Part shown: positions 50,863-61,960 of the stretch, piece after piece
Numbering within the stretch: position 1 is the stretch's first letter
How the letters are laid out: the number at the start of each line of letters is the position of its first letter
From: Octopus sinensis
Lineage: Eukaryota
NCBI RefSeq assembly: GCF_006345805.1
Contig: NC_043002.1
Coordinates: 72,912,001-72,976,000 of the forward strand
Direction: 5' to 3'
DNA: 64,000 nt
Notes under the pieces: model-generated
Told to the model about the DNA's origin: nothing
The model's input: only the letters and a program-made list of their open reading frames with translations
The model's database searches: none
Made by a program: the position numbers and the translations under genes

Positions 50863-51281
50863 ATTCTTTTCTATTCTAGGCACAAGTCCCGAAATTTTGG
50901 GAGGAGGAGGCCAGTTGATTAGATCGACCCCAGTACGCAACTGGTACTTAATTTATTGACCCCGAAAGGATGAAAGGCAAAATCAACATCGACGGAATTT
51001 GAACTCAGAACGTAAAGACAGGAAAAACCGCTAAGCATTTTGCCCAGCGTGCTAACATTTCTTATTTCTTTACTGCCCACAAGGGGCTACAAACAAGGAC
51101 AGACAAATGGATTAAGTCAATTATATCGACCCCAGTGTGTAACTGGGACTTATTTAATCGACACCGAAAGGATGAAAGGCAAAGTCAACCTCGGCGGAAT
51201 TTGAACTCAGAACGTAGTGGCAGACGATATACCACTAAGCATTTTGCCCGGCATGCTAACATTTCTGTCAGCTCGCCACCT
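50863..51281 (-). mobile_element. Dimeric Nin-like SINE
   Basis: Same structure as 504-903. Confidence 0.8.
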
Positions 51282-51799
51282 TCGCAATTCACTAGAATAT
51301 TGCTCACATGATCAACAAAATCTGACCAATAACAACATTGTGTTGAATAGGATCCAACAATGATTTTTTTTTTTTTGGTGTGCTTCACTCCAAGCAGTTT
51401 GAATTCAATATGTTATGACCATTAGACAGAGAAAGCATCGACAGATGTTGTAGGAGTTGATCAACAAAGTCAGAGGACAGTAGCTCATACCACAAAGGCA
51501 ATGAACAGTTGGAGGACGAATGACATTAGAAGTCAGTAACCAGAAAGTAACTAATCACACTTTAACTGCTACACCAAAAACAAAAACTCTTGATGTTTTG
51601 TTGTTTGTAGCACCACCTTTAGTCAAACAAATTGATCCTAGGACTTGTTATTCTTTGTAAGCCTAGTACTGATTCCATTGGTCTCTTTTGCCAAACCACT
51701 AAGTTACAGGGACATAAACTCATCGACATCACTTGTCAAGGGATGGTGGGGTGATAAACACAAACGCATACATACATACATACATACATACATACACAC

Positions 51800-51850
<51 letters not shown>

Positions 51851-51853
<3 letters not shown>

Positions 51854-52272
51854 AAGAATTCACAAAAAAACAAAAGACAAAGACAGGTGGTGTAGACAAC
51901 AAACATGTATTAGTTTAACGCTCGGGAAGTGAAAAAGTCTTTAACATTTCGAGCCTGCACTCTTCCACAGAAAGGAATACAGAAAGAAACAAGGAGAGAA
52001 AATAAAGAATGTGTAGTGGCTAGCGATCTGTCATGGCGAAGGCCGGACAGAAGGGTCACACAAGAGAACTAGGGAGAAGGGGAGATAATAAAGTAGTGGT
52101 AATCCCAAAACAAAGGTGTGCATATGTGTGTATTAGTATGTATGTGCATGTGGAAGAGGGCTGGTGACCTTGACATGTGCGTGTGTCTATGTGTAGGTGT
52201 GCGGATGTGGGGCTGGGAAGTGGTCAGTGCTAGTGTGTGCATTGTGGTGTGATGTGATGTGGTGTTGTGTGG
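51851..52272 (-). mobile_element. Penelope-like element 3' end inserted in the (TA)n of a CORE-like SINE (51610-52483)
   Basis: Homologous to about 61170-61670; flanked by (TA)n on both sides; carries a hammerhead. Confidence 0.8.
51939..51974 (-). ncRNA. Hammerhead motif, U6 core variant
   Basis: Minus strand cttt-CTGTGGA-a-gagt gcag gctc-GAAA-tg-T-T-aaag. Confidence 0.6.
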
Positions 52273-52307
<35 letters not shown>

Positions 52308-52595
52308 TATATATTTACACACAACAGGTTTCTTTCAGTTTCTGTCTACCAAATCCACTCAAAAGGCTTTGGCTGGCTCAAGACTATAGTAGAAGACACT
52401 TGCCCAAGGTGCCACACAGTGGGATTGAATCCAGAACCATATGGTTGGGAAGCAAGCCTCTAACCACACAGCCATGCCTGCACCTATATGTATTTCTTAT
52501 TTTTTTATACAATTCATCTGGTTTTGTTGTAGAATTTAGCTGGTCCAATTTATTAATATAAGGGACATACACCTTTACTTTAATTATTAGGTATG

Positions 52596-52909
52596 CAGGG
52601 CGTTGTAGTTAGGGCAATCAGCTCACATTCCTAAGGTCGTGAGTTCAATTCCCGGCAACACATTGTGTCCTTGAGCAATACACTTTATTTCACATTGCTC
52701 CAATCCATCCAGCTGGCAAAAATGGGTAGTACCTGTATTTCAAAGGGCCAGCCTTGTCACACTCTGTGTCATGCTGAATCTCCCTGAGAACTACATTAAG
52801 AGTATACAAGTCTCTGGAGTGCTCAGCCACATGCATGTTAATTTTACGAGCAAGCTGTTTCATTGATTGGATCAAGCGGAACCTTTGTCGTCATAACCGA
52901 CAGAGTGCC
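52596..52909 (+). mobile_element. OR-type SINE, head B with tail a
   Basis: gagttcaattccc...tccttgagcaatacactttatttcac, then gtacctgtatttcaaagggccagcc. Confidence 0.8.
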
Positions 52910-52949
52910 CCCTCTCTTTGAACATAATTTGTGAATTGAATGAACAAGC

Positions 52950-53084
52950 AACCACAAGGTTCCTGGTTCAATCCCACTGCGTAGCATCTTGGGCAATTGT
53001 CTTCTACTATAACCTCAGGCCGACTGAAGCCTTGTGAGTGGATTTGGTAGACAGAAACTGAAAGAAGCCCGTCATATGTGTGTG

Positions 53085-53117
<33 letters not shown>

Positions 53118-53352
53118 GTTTGTGTATATGTTTGTGTGTCTGTTTTTGTCTCCCCAACATCGCTTGTCAACCGATGCTGGTGTGTTTATGTCCCCGTAAC
53201 TTAGCGGTTCAGCAAAAGAAACCAATAGAATAAGTATTAGGCTTACAAAGAATAAGTCCTAGGTTGATTTGCTCGACTAAAGGCAGTGCTCCAGCATGGC
53301 TACAATCAAATGACTGGAACAAGTAAAAGAGAGAGAGAGAGAGTAAAAGAGT
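52950..53352 (+). mobile_element. CORE-like microsatellite SINE
   Basis: Family match. Confidence 0.85.
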
Positions 53353-54464
53353 AAGCAATTTAAAATTTTTTTCCTGTTGAGGAATTTTGAGTGCACCGTA
53401 TTGAAGAGAATAGAACTGGCTCTCTGTGGCCAGTGATATCCCATTTGATTGATGTTCAGCAGCTGTCTTATGATTGCTGTTCAGTTTTAAAGATGGATAT
53501 TATATGACCAGATGGATTGATACAATTTTATTAGAAAGACACATAAGACACATACACACTGATATATTTATTCATCATCATCATCATCATCATCATCATT
53601 TAATGTCTGTTTCCCATGCTGGCATGTCAGAAGACTGTGCCAAGTTCTCATGTGTGCTTTGGCATGGTTTCTACAGCTGGATGCCTTTCCTTGTACCAAC
53701 CACTTTACAGAGTGTACTGGGCTCTTTTTATGTGGTACTAGCAACAGTAGTAGTGAAGTCACCAAGTAACTTGCAAGGCAAGACCCCTCAACTGAGGGGC
53801 AGGTGAATAGCATTGAGAGACAGAAACAGTCTTGCAATAGAGTTACACATACACGTTCGTATCCCATGCTGGTATGGATTGTAGGTTTGACAGGATCTGA
53901 TGGGCCCAAGGACTGCATTATACTCTGGTGTTTGCTTTGGTATGGTTTCTATGGTTGGATGCCTTTCTCAATGCCAACCACATTAGAGTGTGTGTGTGTG
54001 TGTATGTGTGTGTGCATGCATATTTGTGTGAACATAATAAAGAACAAATTCTTTTCTAGAAACATACATGAAGCTGATTGGTGCTAAATACTGATATGAC
54101 ACACTTGAATGGATAACAAAAACAATAACTAAATAAATAAATAAAAAAAGGAAATGGCAGGTTACCACCCACTTGACAAACAGGAAAGCATATGTGTGTT
54201 AGTATATACATATATTTGCATATATGAATGGGCATGACATACATACATACATACACAGAAACTCACCCACACACAAACACACATACATGCAGACTTTATA
54301 TATTGAAAATAGCTGAACACGTAAAATTTATTTTGATTCTGAGAACCTAAAACCAATATGAAGTCTGTTCATAATAGCATTTCAGAAGTGCCTAAGTCAT
54401 ATGTTATTATAAGGTTACAGACAGCCTCATGTATATATATATATATACATACATATATATTTGT

Positions 54465-55172
54465 GTCAGTGGCATGTGAAAAAGCATTTAAGCGAGGTCG
54501 CTGCCAGTGCCGCTGGACTGGCTCCTGTGCAGGTGGCACATGAAAAGCACCATTTGAGCATTGCCATTGCCAGTACTGCCAGACTGGCCCTCATGCCGGT
54601 GGCACGTAAAAGCACCCACTACACTCTCGGAGTGGTTGGCATTAGGAAGGGCACCAAGCTGTAGAAACTCTGCCAGATCAAATTGGAGTCTGGTGCAGCC
54701 ATCTGGTTTGCCAGACCTCGGTCAAATCGTCCAACCCAAATCTCTATTTACAGGGAGAGAGAGAAAGAGTGGTGCAGGTATGGCAGTATGGTTAAGAAGT
54801 TTCCCAACCATGTGGTGTCTTGTTCAGTCCCACTGTGTGACACCTTGCACAAGTGTCTTATATTTTAAACTCTGGGCTGAACAAAGTGTTATGAGTGGAT
54901 TTGGTGGGCAGAAACTGAAAGCACCCTGTCATATATATGTATATTATATATATATATATATATATGTGGCACGTAAAAAACACCCACTACACTCGCGGAG
55001 TGGTTGGCGTTAGGAAGGGCATCCAGCTGTAGAAACACTGCCAGACTAGACTGGAGCCTGGGGCAGTCCCGAGCTCCCCAGACCCCGGTCGAAACCGTCC
55101 AACCCGTGCTAGCGCGGAAAACGGACGTTAAATGATGATGATGATGATGATGATGATGATATATATATATAG

Positions 55173-55210
<38 letters not shown>

Positions 55211-55227
55211 TGTATATTATATATATG

Positions 55228-55295
<68 letters not shown>

Positions 55296-55372
55296 GTATA
55301 TTATATATATATATATATATTATATATATATATATGTATATTATATACATGTATATTATATATATGTATATT

Positions 55373-55403
<31 letters not shown>

Positions 55404-55423
55404 GTATATTATATATATATATA

Positions 55424-55460
<37 letters not shown>

Positions 55461-56006
55461 AGGTGGTGAAGCATGGGCTTTGAACTTTGGACCACACAGA
55501 GGCAATGAGTAGTGACCGAGACCTTTGGCAATATGCAGTGCTTGAGAAGACCCGTCAAGCCAAGTGAGATCATACTCGTGGCCAATGCTGGTGTCACATA
55601 ACTGGCATGTAAAAAAGCACCTTTTGAGCATTGGGCCTCACGGAGGCAAAGTGACCAATGCTGGTGGTATGTGGAAAGCTCCTTTAGAGTGTTGGGCCTC
55701 ATGGAGGCAATGACGGATGACCAAGACCTTGGCTTTATGTCATGCTTAAGAAGAAGACCCATCAAGCCAAGTAAAATTGCAGTTGTCGCCGATACTGGTG
55801 TCATGCAAATGGCATCTGTGATGATGGCATATAAAAGCACCTATTGCACTCTTAGAGTGGTCGGCATTAGGAAGAGCATCCAGCCATAGAAACTATGCCA
55901 AATCAGACTGGAGTCTGGTGCAGCCTTCCAGCTTACCAGCCCTGGTCAAACCATCCAAGCCATGCCAACATGGACAACAGATCTTAAATGATAATGATGA
56001 TGGTGA

Positions 56007-56010
<4 letters not shown>
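54465..56010 (+). mobile_element. Three RTE 3'UTR-type fragments (54465-54737, 54966-55160, 55460-56010) separated by (TA)n tracts and a SINE head
   Basis: Each contains gttggc.ttaggaagggcatccagc.gtagaaac or a close variant. Confidence 0.75.
55160..55458. repeat. Long imperfect (TA)n microsatellite
   Basis: Seen directly; explains the YIYIYI ORFs. Confidence 0.95.
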
Positions 56011-56078
<68 letters not shown>

Positions 56079-56107
56079 ATATCTATATATATATATATAT
56101 AGCTTCT

Positions 56108-56493
56108 GTGGAGGCGCAATGGCCCAGTGGTTAGGGCAGCGGACTCGCGGTCACAGGATCGCGGTTTCGATTCCCAGACCAGGCGTTGTGAGTGTTTATT
56201 GAGCGAAAACACCTAAAGCTCCACGAGGCTCCGGCAGGGGATGGTGGTGATCCCTGCTGTACTCTTTCACCACAACTTTCTCTCACTCTTACTTCCTGTT
56301 TCTGTTGTACCTGTATTTCAAAGGACCGGCCTTGTCACTCTCTGTGTCACGCTGAATATCCCCGAGAACTACGTTAAGGGTACACGTGTCTGTGGAGTGC
56401 TCAGCCACTTACACGTTAATTTCACGAGCAGGCTGTTCCGTTGATTCGGATCAACCGGAACCCTCATTGTCGGAACCGACGGAGTGCTTCCAT
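56108..56493 (+). mobile_element. Full-length OR-type (tRNA-Arg-like) SINE, head A with tail a
   Basis: A box tggcccagtggtt, anticodon-like gac-tcg-cggtc, B box ggtttcgattcc; TSD atatagcttct. Confidence 0.9.
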
Positions 56494-57519
56494 CCATATA
56501 GCTTCTACTTGTTCTCTTCAGTCCATTCTCAGGAATGGACTAAACAGAACAAGAAGAGGTACGTGAGACAGAGATTCACTATATAACTTCCATTTGATAT
56601 TAGATTGAAGGTGTTTGCAAACTCATTCCTATTTTCTAAAACTGCAACAGGTGTTGAACATTGAATGCAAATTGTAAAGCATTTCTGTGTTATTATTTGT
56701 TTTCTAAACAACTGTAACAAAACTTTCAGGTTACATAGAAAACATTTTGTGCATTGTGACAAAAAACATGCTCAGTAAACTTTCTATATTCAGTACTTGA
56801 AACGACATGCTCTGAGTTGGTGGTATGTTGTAAGCAGGAAAATTGCTGAAGTTGTCAAACTGGCTATTCTATAAAATCTGTTTGTGTTTCTTATTATTTG
56901 CTCTGCCATTCATCATTATCATCATCATCATCATCATGTTTATTTTTATGTGAATTTTTTTATGAGCTGTGCTGGCCTCAGTGTCATACCACTTGTCACA
57001 GTCCTTTGTTGTTGAGTGCACACAGTAATGGTGAAATGCTCCAATTGTTGTAGATGCATATGTCATATCCTTTAGTATGTTTGTTTTTTTCATTCCTGGA
57101 TGCCCTTTCTATTATCAACCACTTTACAGCACAGACTTAATGCATTTTATTCTGCTGCCGGCACTAGAGAAGTTGTCTGCAGCAAAACTGCAATTCTCCT
57201 CTGCCTTGTAGGTTTTAATAGGTGCAGTGGAATAACAGGAAGGTTATCAGAGAAAGTAATGTTCATATGTGGAAGAAGCACACGATCCTTAAAAACTACA
57301 GATACTCAGGACATTGATTTTCTCAATGCCCTGATGGCTCATTAGAGGTAGTAGATAATCTCTGCTATCTAGGGTACAAATTAGTAGTGGGGGAGGGTGT
57401 ACAGAAAGTGTAATAGCTAGAATAAGAATAGGAGGGAGGAAATTCAAAGAGCTTCTACCTCTGTTGGCTACAAAAGGTTTCTCTCTCTGAGTGAAAGGAA
57501 GATTGTATGATGTATGTAT

Positions 57520-58186
57520 GTATGCAGGCAACAATTCTACATGGTAGTGAAATGTGAGCCCTGAATGCAGAGGATATGTGAAGGTTAGAGAGGAATGAGG
57601 CTAGTATGCTCCACTGGATGTGTAATATAAGTGTCCATGTTTGATAGAATGCTAGTGTATTGAGAGAGAAGTTAGGCATAAGAGGAATTAGATGCAGTGA
57701 GCATTTGGTTTGGTCATGTGGTGTGGATAGATGCCAGTAGCTCCATAAAAAAGTGCTGATCTCTCAAAGTAGATGGAACACGTGAAAGTGAGAGACCCAG
57801 AAAGACATGGGATGAAGTACTGAAGGACAACCTGAGGATGCTGAACTTTTCAGATGAGATGACAAAGGACAAAGTTACCTGGTGCCTTGCTGTACTCAAG
57901 AAGACCTGTACTCCACATCAGAAATGTTAAGGCCACATCACCTGGTGAAGGGGATTGGCCTGTAAGTTCCCCTGTACCAGTGCCACATTATAAAATTACT
58001 CATGACAGTGCCATGTAAAAGCATCCAGCACACTCTGTAAAGTAGTTGGCATTAAGAAGGGCATCAGGCTGTAGAAACAATGCCAAATCAGACTGGAGCT
58101 TAGTGCAGCTTTCCAGCTTGCCAACTCTGGTCAAACTGTCCAACCTATGCCAGCATGGGCAACAGACGCTAAATGATGATGATGAT
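57520..58186 (+). mobile_element. RTE-clade LINE 3' fragment (decayed ORF, 3'UTR and (GAT)n tail)
   Basis: ILHGSEM*ALNAEDM*RLERNEASMLHWMCNI...REKLGIRGIRC...WFGHV...RPRKTWDEVL, continuous with the common 3'UTR repeat. Confidence 0.85.
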
Positions 58187-58235
58187 ATATACATATATGT
58201 ATGTGTGTATATATGTGTGTGTGTGTGTATATGTT

Positions 58236-58539
58236 GTGTTTGTTCCTTCTCGAGCCATGCCTGGCTCATAAGGGCCAGTTTCCCAGTTACATTGTCATAT
58301 AGGTTCCCAACTTGGATGGGATGCCTGTCTGTCTCAGGTGAGCTGCAAGATGCAGGAGAAAAGAATGAGAGAAAGTTGTGGCGAAAGAGTCAGCAGAAGT
58401 TTGCCATTACCTTCTGCTGGATCCACGTGGAGCTTAGGTGTTTCACTCATAAACATATACTTCACCTGGTCTGAGATTTTAAACCACAGTCCGTCAACCT
58501 TGAGTCTGCTACCCTAACCACTAGGCCATATGCCTCCAC
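58236..58539 (-). mobile_element. OR-type SINE, head A with tail c
   Basis: Matches 47806-48108. Confidence 0.8.
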
Positions 58540-60039
58540 TATATATATATATATATATCGAGTTACTGCTGTCCTAGATGGGTTATCTCTACTGTTGCTT
58601 GTAGAGGCCAGGTCTTCCCCCTCTAACATGTCATGCAAAGCCCTCAGAAGTTGTTTACTAGAGTAGCTGCTGTATAAATCATGATAATCATGCAGATTAG
58701 TTTGAGTGTTATAATGGTGGGAATGTTCTATAGCTTCTTGAAGATCAAATGCAATGAACGTTATTCCAAACAGAAACCCATGCAAGAGAGTTCTTCAATT
58801 TTTGTTTTGAATATGGAGAATTTGGCATACAATCACTACACTGTGTTGTTTTTGTGTCAGTGGTACTAGCAGTTGCATAGATCCAGAGAATCAGGTGAAA
58901 ATTATTTATATTTGGGCACAGGGCCAGTTTTGCTAGCTGGAGCATATTCAGTTGGATTTATCTCAGTATGCGACTGATATTTATTTTACCAACCATTGAG
59001 AGTACCTCTACATGGTTATTCAATGAGTTCGTTTTATTGTTTCTTTAGAGAGTAGGGAAGTTTTGCTGCTATTTCTAGTATGTCAAGCATCTGCCTAGAT
59101 GCTCTTTCATTGCCTTGAGAGATGTTTTTAAAAATATTTTTGTGAGTTAGTTTGTGTTATAAAGTGTTATAGTCTGAGTGGTTCCAATGTCATCATTCTT
59201 CAAATGTATGGGGAGGTTCTGCCTAGCGGCTGTGACACACCTACATTTATGTTATCATTTAACCTCATATCAACCTTGATTGAGTGGTTCTATAACTGAA
59301 GGCATTCAAGCTTTGACCATCTGATTTTTTTTTTTTTGTTTTTTTTTTCCAGAAATTGTTTACAGTGTATCTCCATCATGAAGACTGTAGGGTGTGGTTA
59401 AAGGGAAATTTGGCTGCTATTTCTAACATATCACATGACCCTGTAGATATACCCTCATTGGCTTTTGTTTTGCATCTCCAAGCCAACTCTGACTGAACAG
59501 AGCCAAGTCATGTAGGTGTCTCACTGAACGACTCGCTTGTGACTCGCAGATCTGTTACTGTAGATATATGATGTCATCACCTAGCCAATGATCACACTGC
59601 ATACTCTGACATATAGTGATTAATGAAATGGAATGCAGTATTGCAGTTTAGACATATTTCTATACTTACATCTGATTTGTCATTGGACAACAGCTATACT
59701 GAAGTACTACCTTCAAGGGTTCTTCTTTTGTTTCTGTTCTCAAATCCGTCTTTTCAACTCAAGTACTTTGCTTGGTTCTTACTTCATTGACCTCAGTAGG
59801 TTGTTTCTTCTTATTGCAAGGAAGAGAACCGTCATACCAGGAACCAATTGTATTTTTGTGTTATTAGTAAAATAAACTTATTGAATCGAATGGCATTATG
59901 TACATCATATAATCTTCAAACATTTATTTAATTTGATTTTCTCATTTCAACTATAACGTTTTTTTTAATATCTGCAGACAGAAACCATTATTTCGATTTT
60001 AACTGAATCTCTTTAATACGAAGTACTTGAGGATATAAT

Positions 60040-60290
60040 TGTTGTGGAGATCGCTAGCATCTAAATCTGTCCAATAGAAATTGCTGGTGTGTGAATCTGT
60101 CCAATAGAATCAAATGGAAAGTTGTAGAACTCTCTAGAATGTTCTAATAGCTTACTGCTATCTAAGCAGTGCTGGTAGAGGGGCCTTTCTTCTTTTGCCT
60201 TTATCTTTTCTTGTTATACACTGACAGATAATAAACCTATCTAGTGTATCAGTGTGTTCTTCTTTGCTAGTGAACAAGAGAAGCACAACA
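60040..60290 (+). mobile_element. Solo LTR (251 bp)
   Basis: TGTTGTG...CACAACA inverted termini; 5-bp TSD ATAAT (60035-60039, 60291-60295); duplicated ctgtccaatag boxes; internal aataaa. Confidence 0.85.
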
Positions 60291-60444
60291 ATAATCAATA
60301 AAATTATTTACAATTCGGAGGAAAATATTTGGGAATAGAAACAGACAAGATGTGAAAGTGAAAGTATTTGATTAAGAAGGAGTAATTTTAGTTATTAAGT
60401 TGTGTAGAGTGGTAAATTCAATTTTATATTTATTTTTTATATTT

Positions 60445-60812
60445 TAACTTTCACTTGTTTCAGTCATTTGATTGTGGCCATGCTGAGGCACCACCTTGAA
60501 AGGTTCTAGTTGAACAAACTGATCCCAGAACATTTTTTTAAAGCCTAGTACTTACTCTATCAGTCTCTTTTGCTGAACTGCTAAGTTATGGGAACATAAA
60601 CTCACCAACACTAGTTGTCAAATAGTAGTGGGGGACAAATACAGATGCAAAGAGACACACAAATAGACACACACACACACACACTCACATATACGACAGG
60701 CTTCTTTCAGTTTCTATCTGAAATTTACTCACTTTGGTCAGCCTGAGGATATATTAGAAGGCATTTGCCCAAGGTGCCATGCAGTGGGACTGAATCCAGA
60801 ACCATGTGGTTT
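60445..60812 (-). mobile_element. CORE-like microsatellite SINE
   Basis: Diverged family match. Confidence 0.75.
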
Positions 60813-61670
60813 GCAGAGCACCTCTGAGGCATCAGATTCGGTAATGACACCCTGGTCTTGCACCATTTCTGCTCTACTGGTCATTCACTACAACACATGT
60901 CTGTGTTCAGACTATCTTTGTGCAGGGGCCATCTGGACTCCTATCTTCGCTGTGAACAGGAATTAATCTTCTCTCTTTGCTCCTTTGCACCACATGGGTT
61001 CAACTCCCCTCCTCTTTTCATCTGACACCTACTTCCTCTCTTCATTCCTACCTACCTTCTTTCTTCATTGATACCACCCTGCTCCTACTCCCACCCACAC
61101 CTACCCCACATCTCCACACCCACCCCTCCACACCCACCCTACCCCACATTCCCACACCTCACCCTACCCCACATCTCACACCACCACACTGCACTACGCC
61201 ATACCACTCCACACACTCACTAGCACTGACCACTTCCCAGTACCCACACCGCACACCATCATCTGCACACCCACACACAATCTTCAATAACATCACCACA
61301 CACACCATATATAAGCAGCCACACGTTACAAACACATGCACACACCCACACATGTTAAAGTCACTAGCCCCTATCCACACACACACACACATATGCACCT
61401 TCATTTTGGGATCAACAATACTTTATTATCTCCCCTTCCTTCAACCTCTTCTTTCAAACTTTTTTCCAAATCAGTCACCATGATTGACCACTAAATCCAC
61501 AATTTTTAAAAAATTCTCTCTGTTTATTTTTTCTTATTCCTTTCCGTTGAAGAGCATAGGCTTGAAACATAAAAGACTTTTACACTTTCCCGAATCTCAA
61601 ACTAATACACCTGCTTGTTGTTCATACACCTGTTTCTTCTTTTGTTTTTCTATAAATTTCAACAATAGTA
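60813..61670 (+). mobile_element. Penelope-like element 3' fragment: GIY-YIG endonuclease C-terminus (60813-61025), C/A-rich UTR and hammerhead end
   Basis: AEHL*GIRFGNDTLVLHHFCSTGHSLQHMSVF...LRCEQELIFSLCSFAPHGFN matches the PLE pattern EH...HF...H...E...I..L....P.GLN. Confidence 0.85.
61540..61575 (+). ncRNA. Hammerhead motif, U6 variant (degenerate)
   Basis: cttt-CcGTTGA-a-gagc atag gctt-GAAA-ca-T-A-aaag. Confidence 0.55.
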
Positions 61671-61729
61671 TAAAGGACTACCCGTTGTTACATGACATAT
61701 GAGAGTTCAGCAATTTCTTACCGAACAAC

Positions 61730-61960
61730 CACACAGATGATTTGTTTATAGTGACACATAAGCTCACTCCTTCCATCAAATTGACATTACCTGTACAGGT
61801 GCAGCTGGATGCCATGTATCAGATGTCAAAATGATTGCAGAGCAACATGAAATGAAGTGCTTTGCTCAAGAACACGACGCAACACCTAGTCTGAGAATTG
61901 AACTCATGATTTCGCAATCATAAGTGCAACATCCTAACCACTAAGCCATGTATCTTCACA
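61730..61960 (-). mobile_element. Old OR-type SINE (head B)
   Basis: gtgaagatacatggcttagtggttagg...gagttcaattctc...gttcttgagcaaagcacttcatttcatgttgc. Confidence 0.7.

Noticed and set aside
55132-55497. YIYI, VCVC and HTHT ORFs here and throughout the track
   Set aside because: Translations of dinucleotide and tetranucleotide microsatellites.
56108-56185. tRNA-Arg gene
   Set aside because: It continues into a SINE body with a TSD and has many diverged copies.
60977-61483. 168-aa Pro/His/Thr-rich ORF
   Set aside because: Low-complexity C/A-rich 3'UTR of the Penelope-like fragment.
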